64,000 nt of DNA, from contig OY970368.1 of assembly GCA_963718615.1 (NCBI GenBank), positions 1,152,001 through 1,216,000 on the forward strand. Direction: 5' to 3'. The stretch comes from an uncultured cyanobacterium (lineage in GTDB: Bacteria > Cyanobacteriota > Cyanobacteriia > PCC-9006 > JAAUQQ01). The translations under genes were made by a program, and so were the position numbers. This document shows, piece after piece, positions 21,082 to 31,087 of the stretch (position 1 is the stretch's first letter; each line of letters starts with the position of its first letter). The notes beneath the pieces are model-generated. The model was given only the letters and a program-made list of their open reading frames with translations, had not been told where the DNA came from and ran no database searches.

Positions 21082-21252
21082 CAAAAAGTTTGGAGATCCC
21101 CCCAACTTCGTTCTCCCCCAAACCTAAATAAAAGTCTTATCTCATAAGCTTTTTAGCGACTTTACCCCCCTTGCTTGCTTTGTCCCACTCCCCCAAACGG
21201 ACTCTGGAATCGTCAACCCAGTCCCCCGATGGGGAACGGAATCAACAGCATG
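21082..21252 (+). promoter_or_regulatory. Conserved leader, copy 2
   Basis: Colinear with 19904-20074, including ATG position. Confidence 0.8.
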
Positions 21253-22032
21253 TTCAACATACTCAATCGCTCACTCAAGTGCCGTACCTCTCTTTCCTGG
21301 GTCGATCGCTTACTCCTCTTGAGCCCTGGGATCACATTGATGAATACGGTGGCGACCTTTGCCGTTTTTGGCTACGGGATGCATTTACATCATGCAATCT
21401 CCGCCCCTACCTCGGATCATTCTGTCTCTGCAAACTCTCCAGTCTACCTCCCTGGGCTGGAATCCAATATTTTGCACAAGCCTTTTCCCCCGACGGCAGC
21501 ATCTCACCCAACCGTTCAGTTACCCAAGACCGACTTTTATCGATTAGTGACCCTGAGCGTTTTAGAAGCTCCCACCTCCATGGGCCGATTGGACGTAATT
21601 CAGTCCGTATTTAATCGCCTCAATGCGCCTTCAGTGGGTGCAGGGCAATTTGGATCTAGCATTACTGAGATTGTTTTCGAGGAAAAGCAATACGAGCCCT
21701 ATTTTCATTTTCAGGCCAGCGATATTGTGGATGAAGCGAGTGCGATCGAGGTGCTGCGATCGCGCGGTTATTCCAAGTCAGATGCCCTTTTTGCGCTCAA
21801 CGAAGTCATTGCCAATTTGCAACATCCCAAGCTGATGGCCGATGCTCGAAAACATGTGGGCGGTAGAACCCAATTCAAAGGTGTAAGCCAGTATCCCAGC
21901 CGTTGGCCCAACGAAGACCCCCTACGTGAAACAGGAGAAAACTTCTTTCACATTGACCCCAAGAGCCAAACCTATGAGCAGCTATCCCAATTGATGCTGC
22001 AAGGACCATTAGTGGTTCAGATGCTTGATTAA
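21250..22032 (+). CDS. Membrane-anchored SleB/Hydrolase_2-like cell wall hydrolase
   Basis: LEA catalytic Glu, G..DV.QSVFNR, SI.EIV...QYEP; start placed by leader alignment. Confidence 0.7.
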   Translation: MFNILNRSLKCRTSLSWVDRLLLLSPGITLMNTVATFAVFGYGMHLHHAISAPTSDHSVSANSPVYLPGLESNILHKPFPPTAASHPTVQLPKTDFYRLVTLSVLEAPTSMGRLDVIQSVFNRLNAPSVGAGQFGSSITEIVFEEKQYEPYFHFQASDIVDEASAIEVLRSRGYSKSDALFALNEVIANLQHPKLMADARKHVGGRTQFKGVSQYPSRWPNEDPLRETGENFFHIDPKSQTYEQLSQLMLQGPLVVQMLD

Positions 22033-22246
22033 ATCAGGAAAACTTGAGATATGCATTGCTTGCACCGCTCAGCGGGCAAGCGATGCTCAAGTCAACCTCA
22101 TTCGACCCAATAGCCGAGCCTCCGTCAAAGCAAAGTTTAAGGGCGATCGCACCCCCATCTTTCTTCCCTTCAACACAATTGCAGTCTTTCTGATCTTGGG
22201 CGTTAAACCGGAACGATTTCTGCTCCCATGGCGATCGACCTAAATC

Positions 22247-22720
22247 CTAACCCCTTGACCAGCGAGCCAAGGCTTTTTCAGGGTTGCTAATTTCTGCCAC
22301 CGAACAATAAAAATAATCTTGCCAATTCGCTTCCGGCAACCCCGCAAAGACCATTAAATTTAAGGGATATTCTTCGCTATCGCTGCAGCGTCGAAAATCA
22401 TCTCGAAAAAGAAAGATAGGTTTTTGGAGGGCGATCGCCATCCCCAACTCCACCATCACCCCTTCATCCGGCGGCGTACCATTCACCACCGCAAATAAAC
22501 CATCCGCCGCTCGCACATCGGCCACATCGGCCTGAGCCACACCATAGGCCCAGCCCGGTTGAGAAAAATCTACCTGATTATTGCGAGCAAAGGGCTCCCA
22601 AACCTCCAGGCCCAGTGCTTCTAGCTGTGCACAAAGAGGCGGTAATAGCAACGCTCGTTGCTGGGTCGAAAATCCGTAGGGATTAGCTAAATATAGGGTT
22701 TTAGTCATGGTTTTAGTCAT
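22247..22720 (-). CDS. Nucleoside 2-deoxyribosyltransferase family protein
   Basis: YLANPYGFS, PDEGVMVELGMAIAL; start 22720 or 22708. Confidence 0.9.
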   Translation of the reverse strand: MTKTMTKTLYLANPYGFSTQQRALLLPPLCAQLEALGLEVWEPFARNNQVDFSQPGWAYGVAQADVADVRAADGLFAVVNGTPPDEGVMVELGMAIALQKPIFLFRDDFRRCSDSEEYPLNLMVFAGLPEANWQDYFYCSVAEISNPEKALARWSRG

Positions 22721-22749
22721 GGTTATTGCTGATGTTCAGCCAATGCCAA

Positions 22750-24450
22750 TCAGTGAACCGACGCCGTATTTAATAGAGGGATAATCTTGACGCCAAATGC
22801 CTTTTCAAATTCTCCTTTCTTCTGTTCCAAACTCCAAAGTTCCAAGGCACAGTCATCTTGCGGATCCTGAGGTTCAAGGTGGAGATACAACTGCTGACGA
22901 TCAACATCCATCTCACAGCGCAACTGGGCGATCGCCCCCAACTGTCGCCGATCCAGCGCTACTGCTAACCGCAGCATCGGATGCAGTTGATCAACCACCT
23001 GACGAAGGGTCTTGCTGGTAAGCCGTCGATAATTTTCGTGTTTGCGCTTGGGGCCGCTTTTGCGGTGGTAACGGGCGAGGTTGGCGATCGCCTCAATTTC
23101 TCCCTCCGTATAGCCCAATAGTTCTCCATTGCGAATCAAGTAATAGGAATGCTTATGATGGGCTCCATGGCTCACATAGTGACCACAGTTATGCAAAATG
23201 GCTGCCGCCCAAAGTAGCTCTCGGGCGCTGTCATCCAACTGGTGTAAACTGCCCCGCAGTTGATCAAACAAGTCCAGCGAAAACTGCGCTACCCGCTCAC
23301 CATGCTCCAGATCGACCCGAAACTTATGGGCCGCATGGAGAACGCTGCGCTGCCGTACCGAGGTTTGATACCGCAGGCGATCGGAAATGAGCCCGTGGGT
23401 CAACATCCAATCCACCACAATGCCTTCCCGCAAAGCCCGCTCACACAGGCAAATCGCATCTAGCTGAAGGAGCGTCATGGCCTCCTGCAAAATCAGCGCT
23501 CCGGCCACAATAATCTCGGCCCGCCGATCCGACATCCCCGGCAGCTCCGAGCGTTGGGCATAGGTCATTTTCCGCAGCCGTTGAATCAGGCTCTGAATAT
23601 CCTTGAGATTGACCTGATAGCCATTGAGACGTTCCGGGACCGCGCCCTGCTGTTCCGCCGCCAGGAGCGAAGCCACCGCCTCAATGGTGCCTGAGGTGCC
23701 GATGAGTCGTGGAACTTCGCCCGGTTCCAGGTGCTGGAGCAAATCTTCCGCCGGACGCTCCAGCATGCCGCGAATATAAGCCTGAAGCGCATTAAACTCC
23801 TTAGCGCTAATGGGGTCGCTCTGGATAAACAACGCCGACAGCCGCACAGCCCCCACCTTCGTGCTGCTGAGGCTGCGGGGTTCATGGCCAGAGCCTAGAA
23901 TCAGCTCCGTCGATCCGCCCCCAATATCAATGATCACATGGGGGTGATGGTTAAACTCCAGCCCCGAGAGCACGCCTAAATAAATTCGCCGAGCTTCCTC
24001 CGTCCCCGCAATCAAATCAACCCGTAACCCCAGTTCCTCCTTGACCCGTTGCAGAAACTCAGCCCCATTGCCCGCTTCGCGTACGGCACTGGTGGCCACA
24101 GCGATGATTTGTTCGGCCTGTAGACTTTGGGCCAAGGTTTGACAGCGGCGCAGGGCTTTGACGGCTCGGTCCATGGCGGCGACGGTGAGATCTCCGGTTT
24201 GGGGATCGCGATCACCCAACCGCACCGTTGTCTTTTCCTTGGCCACAATGGTAAACGCCGGAATCTGAGGCTGAATCCGAGCCACCACCATATGGATCGA
24301 GTTTGTCCCCACATCAATGGCCGCCAGGATGCGGGGCGCGGTCATGGTTCCTCCCGGCCTTGCCCCCAGATGGGTCTGAAGGTTGTCAGGGCCACCATCC
24401 GAGTCTACGGGAGCGGAGAAAGAGCCAGAGCGATCAGGGGAATAGACCAT
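22750..24450 (-). CDS. ppx: Ppx/GppA exopolyphosphatase
   Basis: AAIDVGTNS, ATSAVREA, DIGGGSTE, ALREG, HHKHSYYLI; start uncertain. Confidence 0.95.
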   Translation of the reverse strand: MVYSPDRSGSFSAPVDSDGGPDNLQTHLGARPGGTMTAPRILAAIDVGTNSIHMVVARIQPQIPAFTIVAKEKTTVRLGDRDPQTGDLTVAAMDRAVKALRRCQTLAQSLQAEQIIAVATSAVREAGNGAEFLQRVKEELGLRVDLIAGTEEARRIYLGVLSGLEFNHHPHVIIDIGGGSTELILGSGHEPRSLSSTKVGAVRLSALFIQSDPISAKEFNALQAYIRGMLERPAEDLLQHLEPGEVPRLIGTSGTIEAVASLLAAEQQGAVPERLNGYQVNLKDIQSLIQRLRKMTYAQRSELPGMSDRRAEIIVAGALILQEAMTLLQLDAICLCERALREGIVVDWMLTHGLISDRLRYQTSVRQRSVLHAAHKFRVDLEHGERVAQFSLDLFDQLRGSLHQLDDSARELLWAAAILHNCGHYVSHGAHHKHSYYLIRNGELLGYTEGEIEAIANLARYHRKSGPKRKHENYRRLTSKTLRQVVDQLHPMLRLAVALDRRQLGAIAQLRCEMDVDRQQLYLHLEPQDPQDDCALELWSLEQKKGEFEKAFGVKIIPLLNTASVH

Positions 24451-24612
24451 GGGCTTAGGGGTGCCTACTGAACGTGACAAAACACCGATGGAAGATCGGC
24501 AGTTCTCTATCGTTCAGATTACAAAACTCAGGCGACAGCTTGAAAGTTTTAGGGGCTATGTTAAAAAGCTTCTATTCACATGCTTCTATTTCGCTAGCCA
24601 AGGGGGAAGACC

Positions 24613-25917
24613 GTGGACGAGCAGATTGCATCGGCAAGGGACTACGAAATTTTGGGGGTATCACCGGAAACCCCGCGCAAGGACATCCAATCGGCGTACC
24701 TAGCGCTGATCGAAACCTGGGATCCTCAGGCGGTCAATCGCGAGACCAATCCACGACTCTTTGAGCAGGTTCACGAACGCTATCACCAGATTAATCAAGC
24801 CTACCAGCGGATTGCGGAGCAGTTTTCTCCGGCTTCTGGAGGTGCTCCAGCCGCTGCCGCCCCCGCAGAGACGCGACTACAGGGCGAGACGGCGATCGCC
24901 CCCGATAAGACCCCTACCCCCGCCTCGGAAGCTCACCCAGCCTTTGCCCCGACGCGCATGGAGTCCCATGAACCGGACCATGAACCGGACCATGAACCGG
25001 GCCATGAACTGGGCCATGAACTGGGCCATGATACCGACCTCGAACCCGTCAGCCCGTCGGCAGCATTCATCAGCCTCTTGCGCTGGGACAAACCAGCGGG
25101 TCGGCTGATTTTAATGCTCCCGGCCCTTTGGGCGGCGTTTTTGGCGGCGGGTTCCCAGTGGCCGAGCTGGCAAATTTTGCTGATGATTGTGTTGGGCAGT
25201 ATTGCCACCAGTGCGGTCGGCTGTGTGGTTAATGATCTTTGGGATCAGGATATTGATCCCCAGGTGGAACGTACCCGCGATCGCCCCCTAGCCGCAGGCA
25301 CCCTCTCGAAGGAAGCGGCGATCGCCGTGGCGGTCATTGCTGGCATCGTGGCGGTCGTCATTGCCCTATTGCTCAATCCCCTTAGCAAGCTCCTCTGCGT
25401 TGCCGCTGCGGTGGTGATTTTGCTCTATCCCGGTGCGAAGCGGGTCTTTCCGGTACCGCAATTGGTGTTGGCAATCGCCTGGGGCTTCGCGGTCTTGATT
25501 GGCTGGGCAGCGGTCGCTGGAGCGCTCACCTGGGCCACGGGGTTGCTGTGGTTGGCGACGGTGCTTTGGACCCTGGGGTTTGATACGGTCTATGCCATGG
25601 CCGATCGCGATGATGATCGGCGGTTGGGGGTAAATTCGAGCGCGCTGTTTTTTGGCGATCGCTCGGCCCAGGCGGTAGGTCTGTTTTTTGTCGGCACAGC
25701 GCTCATGCTGCTCTGGGTAGGGATTGAGCTCAATCTTGGGATTTGGTACTGGATTAGTATGGTTTTGGTTTCCCTCGGCTGGCTCTCCCAGCATCGTCGT
25801 TTAGAAAAACACCGCAGCCGCCCGACCTCTTTGCTCTATGCCACGATTTTCAATCAAAATGTTTGGCTTGGGGTGGTCCTGTTAGTCGGTATCATTTTTG
25901 GACGGGGTACGGTTTAG
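24613..25917 (+). CDS. 4-hydroxybenzoate solanesyltransferase (UbiA family) with N-terminal J-like domain
   Basis: RWDKPAG, NDLWD..ID..VERT..RPL, DTVYAMAD..DD; N-terminus YEILGV..I..AY..INQAY. Confidence 0.9.
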   Translation: MDEQIASARDYEILGVSPETPRKDIQSAYLALIETWDPQAVNRETNPRLFEQVHERYHQINQAYQRIAEQFSPASGGAPAAAAPAETRLQGETAIAPDKTPTPASEAHPAFAPTRMESHEPDHEPDHEPGHELGHELGHDTDLEPVSPSAAFISLLRWDKPAGRLILMLPALWAAFLAAGSQWPSWQILLMIVLGSIATSAVGCVVNDLWDQDIDPQVERTRDRPLAAGTLSKEAAIAVAVIAGIVAVVIALLLNPLSKLLCVAAAVVILLYPGAKRVFPVPQLVLAIAWGFAVLIGWAAVAGALTWATGLLWLATVLWTLGFDTVYAMADRDDDRRLGVNSSALFFGDRSAQAVGLFFVGTALMLLWVGIELNLGIWYWISMVLVSLGWLSQHRRLEKHRSRPTSLLYATIFNQNVWLGVVLLVGIIFGRGTV

Positions 25918-26051
25918 GGATGTACGGTTTAGGGATGTACGGTTTAGGGGCAGTGGCTCCAACCCTGTCAATCGACGGTCAAGGGGCAAGCCAAAAATCG
26001 AGCCGAATATCAAGCAACATCAAGCCAAATATCAAGTAAACAAGGGATTGG

Positions 26052-26981
26052 GTGTCTATTCATAGCGAGACTGATAGCAAAAAAAACCTGTTCAATCGCC
26101 TTCCCCCACCGCTGAAACCGGGCGATCGCCTCATGGTGGTTGCCCCCAGCGGTACCCTGCGAGAGCGGGAAAGCTTTATGCGCGGCGTGGCGCTCTGGCG
26201 GCAGCGGGGCTATCAGGTGGAGCTCTGCGCAGGCTACGACGGACGCTGGGGCTACCTAGCCGGCACCGACCAGCAGCGACGGCAGCAGCTCAAACAAGCC
26301 TGGAGTAATCCCGATTGCAAGGGTATTCTGTGCGTGCGCGGGGGCTATGGGGGGGCGCGGCTGCTGGAAGACTGGGACTGGCCCATGGTTCCGGCCAAGT
26401 GGCTGATTGGTTTTTCCGATGTGACGGCTTTGCTCTGGAGTTTGAGCCAACAGGGCATTGCGGGGCTCCATGGCCCCTTGTTAACGACGCTGGCGGAGGA
26501 GCCCGCTTGGTCGATTCAGCGGCTGTTTCACTGGGTCGAAGGCCATTGGAATTTGCCGCCGCTGCAAGGGGACAGTTGGGTGGGCGGGGTGGTTGAAGGC
26601 AAGCTGATGCCTGCCAATCTGACGGTGGCGACGCATCTGCTCCATACGGGGGTGCAGCCCTCGCTGAATCATGTGATTTTGGCCCTAGAAGATGTCACGG
26701 AAGCCCCCTATCGGATCGATCGCATGTTGACCCAATGGCGAATGTCGGGAGCTCTGAGCCAAGTTCGGGGCATTGCCCTGGGGCGCTTTAGCCAGTGCGA
26801 GCCTTCGGCGGGGGTTCCGAGCTTGAGTGTGGAGGAAGTTTTGCGCGATCGCCTCTGTGATTTGGGCATTCCCATTGTGGCGAATTTGCCCTTTGGTCAC
26901 GATGGGGTGAATGCGGCGTTGCCGGTGGGGATTTCGGCGCGGCTGGATGGCAACTTGGGAACGTTGACCACGCTGCCCTAG
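26052..26981 (+). CDS. LD-carboxypeptidase (S66)
   Basis: RGGYG, GFSDVT, LEDV.E..YRIDR, PFGH. Confidence 0.93.
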   Translation: MSIHSETDSKKNLFNRLPPPLKPGDRLMVVAPSGTLRERESFMRGVALWRQRGYQVELCAGYDGRWGYLAGTDQQRRQQLKQAWSNPDCKGILCVRGGYGGARLLEDWDWPMVPAKWLIGFSDVTALLWSLSQQGIAGLHGPLLTTLAEEPAWSIQRLFHWVEGHWNLPPLQGDSWVGGVVEGKLMPANLTVATHLLHTGVQPSLNHVILALEDVTEAPYRIDRMLTQWRMSGALSQVRGIALGRFSQCEPSAGVPSLSVEEVLRDRLCDLGIPIVANLPFGHDGVNAALPVGISARLDGNLGTLTTLP

Positions 26982-27062
26982 GATCGCAACACAAAATGGC
27001 AAGTGAATGGAACAGTATTAGAGAACGTCAGTTTCTCTAGTTTTTTCTCAAACCTATAGGCT

Positions 27063-27716
27063 TTATCTATTTTCCTTTTGTAATTTTTGAATGGTCTCCC
27101 GAAGACCCAATTCTGCTGCAACTTCATCCTGTTTTGCAAGCTCCAGAAATTGATAGAATGCTCTCATATCAACCCTGGGAAAGGTTGGACTAGTATCAAC
27201 TTCTTGGTATTCAAGACCTCTCAAAACTTGAATTTTCAAAACCGTCCCATCAAATCGCCAAAACTCAGGAACTCCCATCGCCGCATAAAGCCGATCCTTA
27301 TCAATATCGGTATGAGTAATATCGACTTCAACCACTAAATCCGGAGGGGGATCCTGAGCAAGGTTAACGGTTCGCCCTGCCATCACACTATAGTTTTGAA
27401 TATAGTAACCATTGTCTGGTTGTGCCCCGCGATCGAGATCCTCACGATTGAGTGTAGTGGATCCCAGCGTCTTAATGCGCAACCCGAACTCAACGACTAA
27501 AACGCGAATAAAAAGTTCGATCATGCGAGCCGAAAATTCATGAATTTCGAGGGGCATCACAATTTCTAAGGAACCACAGTTGTATGTCAGACGGGCAACC
27601 GATCGTTCTTCTAAGGCTTGGCGAATTTGTTGATAAGCTTGCCAATCTAAATTGTGTAAGGTAACCCGTTTCTCGCCCGCAACGGGAACAACCTCTGACA
27701 GCGTTGGAGTAACCAT
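27063..27716 (-). CDS. Uma2 family endonuclease-fold protein
   Basis: GSTTL, PD..YY, PPPDLVVEVD, GVPEFW. Confidence 0.92.
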   Translation of the reverse strand: MVTPTLSEVVPVAGEKRVTLHNLDWQAYQQIRQALEERSVARLTYNCGSLEIVMPLEIHEFSARMIELFIRVLVVEFGLRIKTLGSTTLNREDLDRGAQPDNGYYIQNYSVMAGRTVNLAQDPPPDLVVEVDITHTDIDKDRLYAAMGVPEFWRFDGTVLKIQVLRGLEYQEVDTSPTFPRVDMRAFYQFLELAKQDEVAAELGLRETIQKLQKENR

Positions 27717-27772
27717 AGGGAATCAGGATTGAATGCGTCATTGGAAACCGATTATTGAAAACCGATGGGGGA

Positions 27773-29533
27773 TCAAGATTGCAGGCGCGCTTCAAGTTGC
27801 TGACGCTCCCACAGGGATCGATAAAGTCCCGGCTCCGCCATCAAGGCTTCGTGGGTGCCGGATTGCACAATCTGCCCAGCGTCCATCACGAGGATGACAT
27901 CCGCTGTTGCCGCTGCGGACATTTGGTGGGAGATAAAAATGACGGTTTTGCGCTGGGTACCGCTGGAAAGCTCCTGCAAAATCCGCGTAGCCGTTTGGTT
28001 ATCAACACTGGAAAGGGCATCGTCTAGGATCAAAATCGGCGCGTCTACGAGTAATGCTCGCGAGAGGGCCGTTCGCTGGCGCTGCCCACCGGAAAGCGTG
28101 ATTCCCCGTTCCCCCACTAGGGTGTCGTAATGCTGGGGAAAGTTTTCAATTTCTGGGTGAATCTGGGCCTGTTTGGCGGCCCGTTCCACGGCAGGTTGCT
28201 CTTTTAGGGGATCGCCGTAGCGGATGTTGTCGCGGATCGTACTGCTGAATAGGAAGCTGTCCTGGGGGACATAGGCGATCGCCTCCCGCAAATTCGCCAA
28301 GCCAATCTCCGTCACATCAATCCCATCCAAAAAGAGCTGCCCCGAACCAATATCCAACAAGCGCGGGATCGCATTCGCCAGGGTTGATTTTCCCGAGCCG
28401 ATGGGACCCACCACCGCAACGGTTTGGTAAGGCTGAATGTTGAAATTCACGTTCTTTAATGCTGGAACCGATGCCCCTGGATAGGTATAGGTCAAGCCAT
28501 CCGCCTTGAGCCAGCCTTGGATCTCGCCCAAGGGGATGGTTTGTGCGGGGGCACGATCTTGAATTTTTGGAATTTCTCGTAGAATGGCTTCGACCCGATC
28601 GACACTGACTTCACCGCGCTGATAGGCCGTAATCGTAAAGCCCAAGAGGGCCGTGGGAAAGACCAATTGCTGAATGTACAAAATCAGCGTAACAAAATTG
28701 CCGACCGTGAGACCGCCCGTGGCGATCGCCCGCGATCCTAGCCACAAAATCACCAAAAGGCTCAGACTGGTCAGTCCTTCCAGCAATGGAAACAGAAAGT
28801 TTCGCGTTTTCGCCAGAATGAGATTGGCGTCTAACAGGCGATCATTCAACTGTCCAAAGGCACGACGTTCGTTGTTTTCCTGGGCATAGATCTTGATTAG
28901 CCCGATCCCGCTCATATCTTCCTGGATCAATTCGCTGATGTCAGAGAGCTGTTCTTGGACGTTTTCCTGCTGGATCCGCAGTTTATTGCTAAAGAGCTGG
29001 ACCGTGACCAGCATGATGGGGTAAACCGCGATCGCCAGCACGCTCAGCCGGAAATTTAGCAGCATCATTGCGGGCAAGACAAAGAGATAGGCCAGCAGGG
29101 TATTAATGAGACTCAAAACCGCAAAACCGACGAGACGACGGATATTATCCACATCACTCGTGGCCCGATTAATCAGATCCCCAATCGTATTGTTCGCAAA
29201 ATAAGACGGCTCCATCCGCAGCAGATGCTCGAAGATCCGCTGCTTGAGGTCAAACTCGACCTTGCGCCCCACGCCAAAAATGAGCTGTCGCGATGCCAGC
29301 CGAATCACCAGCATGACCGAGGCCAGCCCCAGGACCACCAGGGCATAGTAGATAATTCGGTCCATTTCGAGCTGACGGGCAGACTGAAGCTCATCGATAC
29401 AATTGCCAATGATACGCGGCAGCATGACCGACAAAATATTGACGAGGAGCAGCGCCCCGATCCCCAACCCCGTCTGTCGCCAATGGGGACGCAAATATTC
29501 AAAGAGTTTCTTTAGACGAGAACGGGAGGCCAT
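27773..29533 (-). CDS. ABC exporter, fused permease/ATPase
   Basis: TM domain; GPIGSGKS, LSGGQRQR, ILDD. Confidence 0.95.
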   Translation of the reverse strand: MASRSRLKKLFEYLRPHWRQTGLGIGALLLVNILSVMLPRIIGNCIDELQSARQLEMDRIIYYALVVLGLASVMLVIRLASRQLIFGVGRKVEFDLKQRIFEHLLRMEPSYFANNTIGDLINRATSDVDNIRRLVGFAVLSLINTLLAYLFVLPAMMLLNFRLSVLAIAVYPIMLVTVQLFSNKLRIQQENVQEQLSDISELIQEDMSGIGLIKIYAQENNERRAFGQLNDRLLDANLILAKTRNFLFPLLEGLTSLSLLVILWLGSRAIATGGLTVGNFVTLILYIQQLVFPTALLGFTITAYQRGEVSVDRVEAILREIPKIQDRAPAQTIPLGEIQGWLKADGLTYTYPGASVPALKNVNFNIQPYQTVAVVGPIGSGKSTLANAIPRLLDIGSGQLFLDGIDVTEIGLANLREAIAYVPQDSFLFSSTIRDNIRYGDPLKEQPAVERAAKQAQIHPEIENFPQHYDTLVGERGITLSGGQRQRTALSRALLVDAPILILDDALSSVDNQTATRILQELSSGTQRKTVIFISHQMSAAATADVILVMDAGQIVQSGTHEALMAEPGLYRSLWERQQLEARLQS

Positions 29534-29636
29534 GGGGGATGATCGGTAGATAGCGCTTCCCCATCCTAGAATCTCCCCCCAGGTTTTGCACGGTTCCCGT
29601 TAGGTTGGGGCTGATGAGCGCAATGCAACCCCACCC

Positions 29637-30500
29637 GTGATGATCCCAACGAATCAAACTGCTCTTCCCGCAGACTCTCCCGCTCAGGCGATCGCCCTCC
29701 ACACCCAAATCCAAGGCAGCGGCTTTCCGCTCCTCTGTCTCCATGGCCATCCCGGCTCGGGAGCCTGCATGGAAATCTTCACAGACGCCCTGCAAACCCA
29801 ATTCAAAACCTACGCCCCTGATCTGCGGGGCTATGGCCGCAGCAAGGCTCCGGGACCCTTTACCATGACCGACCACTTGGGCGACCTAGAAGCCCTACTC
29901 GATCGCCATCACATTCAAGACTTTATGCTGCTGGGTTGGTCTCTGGGCGGCATCCTCGCCCTTGAGCTAGCGCTACGCCATCCCGATCGGGTCAAAGGCT
30001 TGATCCTGGTGGCCACCTCCGCCGAACCCTGGGGCGATCACCCTCGCACAGATTGGACCGATGATGTGCTCACCGGCTTCGCTTCGCTGATTAACTGGGC
30101 AATACCGGGCTGGTCCTGGAATATTGAAACCCTGGGGAAGCGATCGCTCCTGCGTTACCTAGTGCAGCAACATACCCCAGACACCTATCGGTATCTCGCT
30201 CAATACGCTGTCCCGGCCTTTTTGCAGACCTCGGGTCAGGCCAATCGGGCCTTGCAAGAGGCCTTGCGATCGCGCTATAGCTGCCTGGCAGATCTCGGGA
30301 AGATTCAGTGCCCTGGTTTGATGCTGGTGGGAGAGGGCGATCGCCATATCGCCCCCGCCTCCAGCCTTGCCACAGCACAAGCCTTACCTCAATGCCAAAG
30401 CAAGGTCTATCGCAACGTCGCCCACCTTTTTCCCTGGGAAATTCCAGCAATCGTCACCCAGGATCTACAAACCTGGCTAGCCGAGAATCAGTTGCCCTAG
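29637..30500 (+). CDS. Alpha/beta hydrolase
   Basis: LHGHPG, PDLRGYG, GWSLGG, Asp/His triad (GDRH, AHL). Confidence 0.92.
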   Translation: MMIPTNQTALPADSPAQAIALHTQIQGSGFPLLCLHGHPGSGACMEIFTDALQTQFKTYAPDLRGYGRSKAPGPFTMTDHLGDLEALLDRHHIQDFMLLGWSLGGILALELALRHPDRVKGLILVATSAEPWGDHPRTDWTDDVLTGFASLINWAIPGWSWNIETLGKRSLLRYLVQQHTPDTYRYLAQYAVPAFLQTSGQANRALQEALRSRYSCLADLGKIQCPGLMLVGEGDRHIAPASSLATAQALPQCQSKVYRNVAHLFPWEIPAIVTQDLQTWLAENQLP

Positions 30501-30522
30501 GGAACCCCGTCTTGATCAACGG

Positions 30523-30810
30523 TTAGCTGCTATAGGCCGGAGAAGAAGATAATGCAAGGGTTGTGTCTTCCATTCCCCCCCAATCCGTGGTAATCGTCAG
30601 TTGTTTGGGCTTGCAGCGCTCGATCTTCACTGCAATATTCTGAGCCCCTTCTCCTTCCAAATCTTCACGGTAGCCGCCAACATGGGCATCAGCCTCAGCA
30701 GCGCTGGCGAAAGGCCCAAAAAAGTAAACACACTGGGGAGATTCCGTAGAAATCCGGACCCAGTAGGCTAATCCTAAGACTGCGCGAAGAGCCAACAATG
30801 CATCCTTCAT
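30523..30810 (-). CDS. DUF1816 family protein
   Basis: W..I.T..P.C.Y.FGPF, GY.EDL..EGA, RCKP..LT. Confidence 0.85.
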   Translation of the reverse strand: MKDALLALRAVLGLAYWVRISTESPQCVYFFGPFASAAEADAHVGGYREDLEGEGAQNIAVKIERCKPKQLTITTDWGGMEDTTLALSSSPAYSS

Positions 30811-31087
30811 GCTAATTCCTAAAATATGAATAAATGACCAAATGCTCGATGAAGCGATTCTCGAACCTGAATACCAAATTAGCAAACGCTAACCCATTAA
30901 TCGCTGGTGATCATAAGGTAACAAAGTGGACCATTCCAGGGATAGATACATCCCTATCATGCCCGTCTTTACACTTCTTTATACTCTGTCATTCAAGTTT
31001 TTTCAATGCACACTGCTAGGGTTTAAAGTGATCCCCAAAGTATGTAGATTGGGGATCACAGGGATCAGACAGGGCAAGGGTTTTAAG

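Noticed and set aside
22247-22720. Deoxyribosyltransferase as part of the TIR locus
   Set aside because: Convergent, co-oriented with ppx, and common as a stand-alone gene; no evidence of linkage
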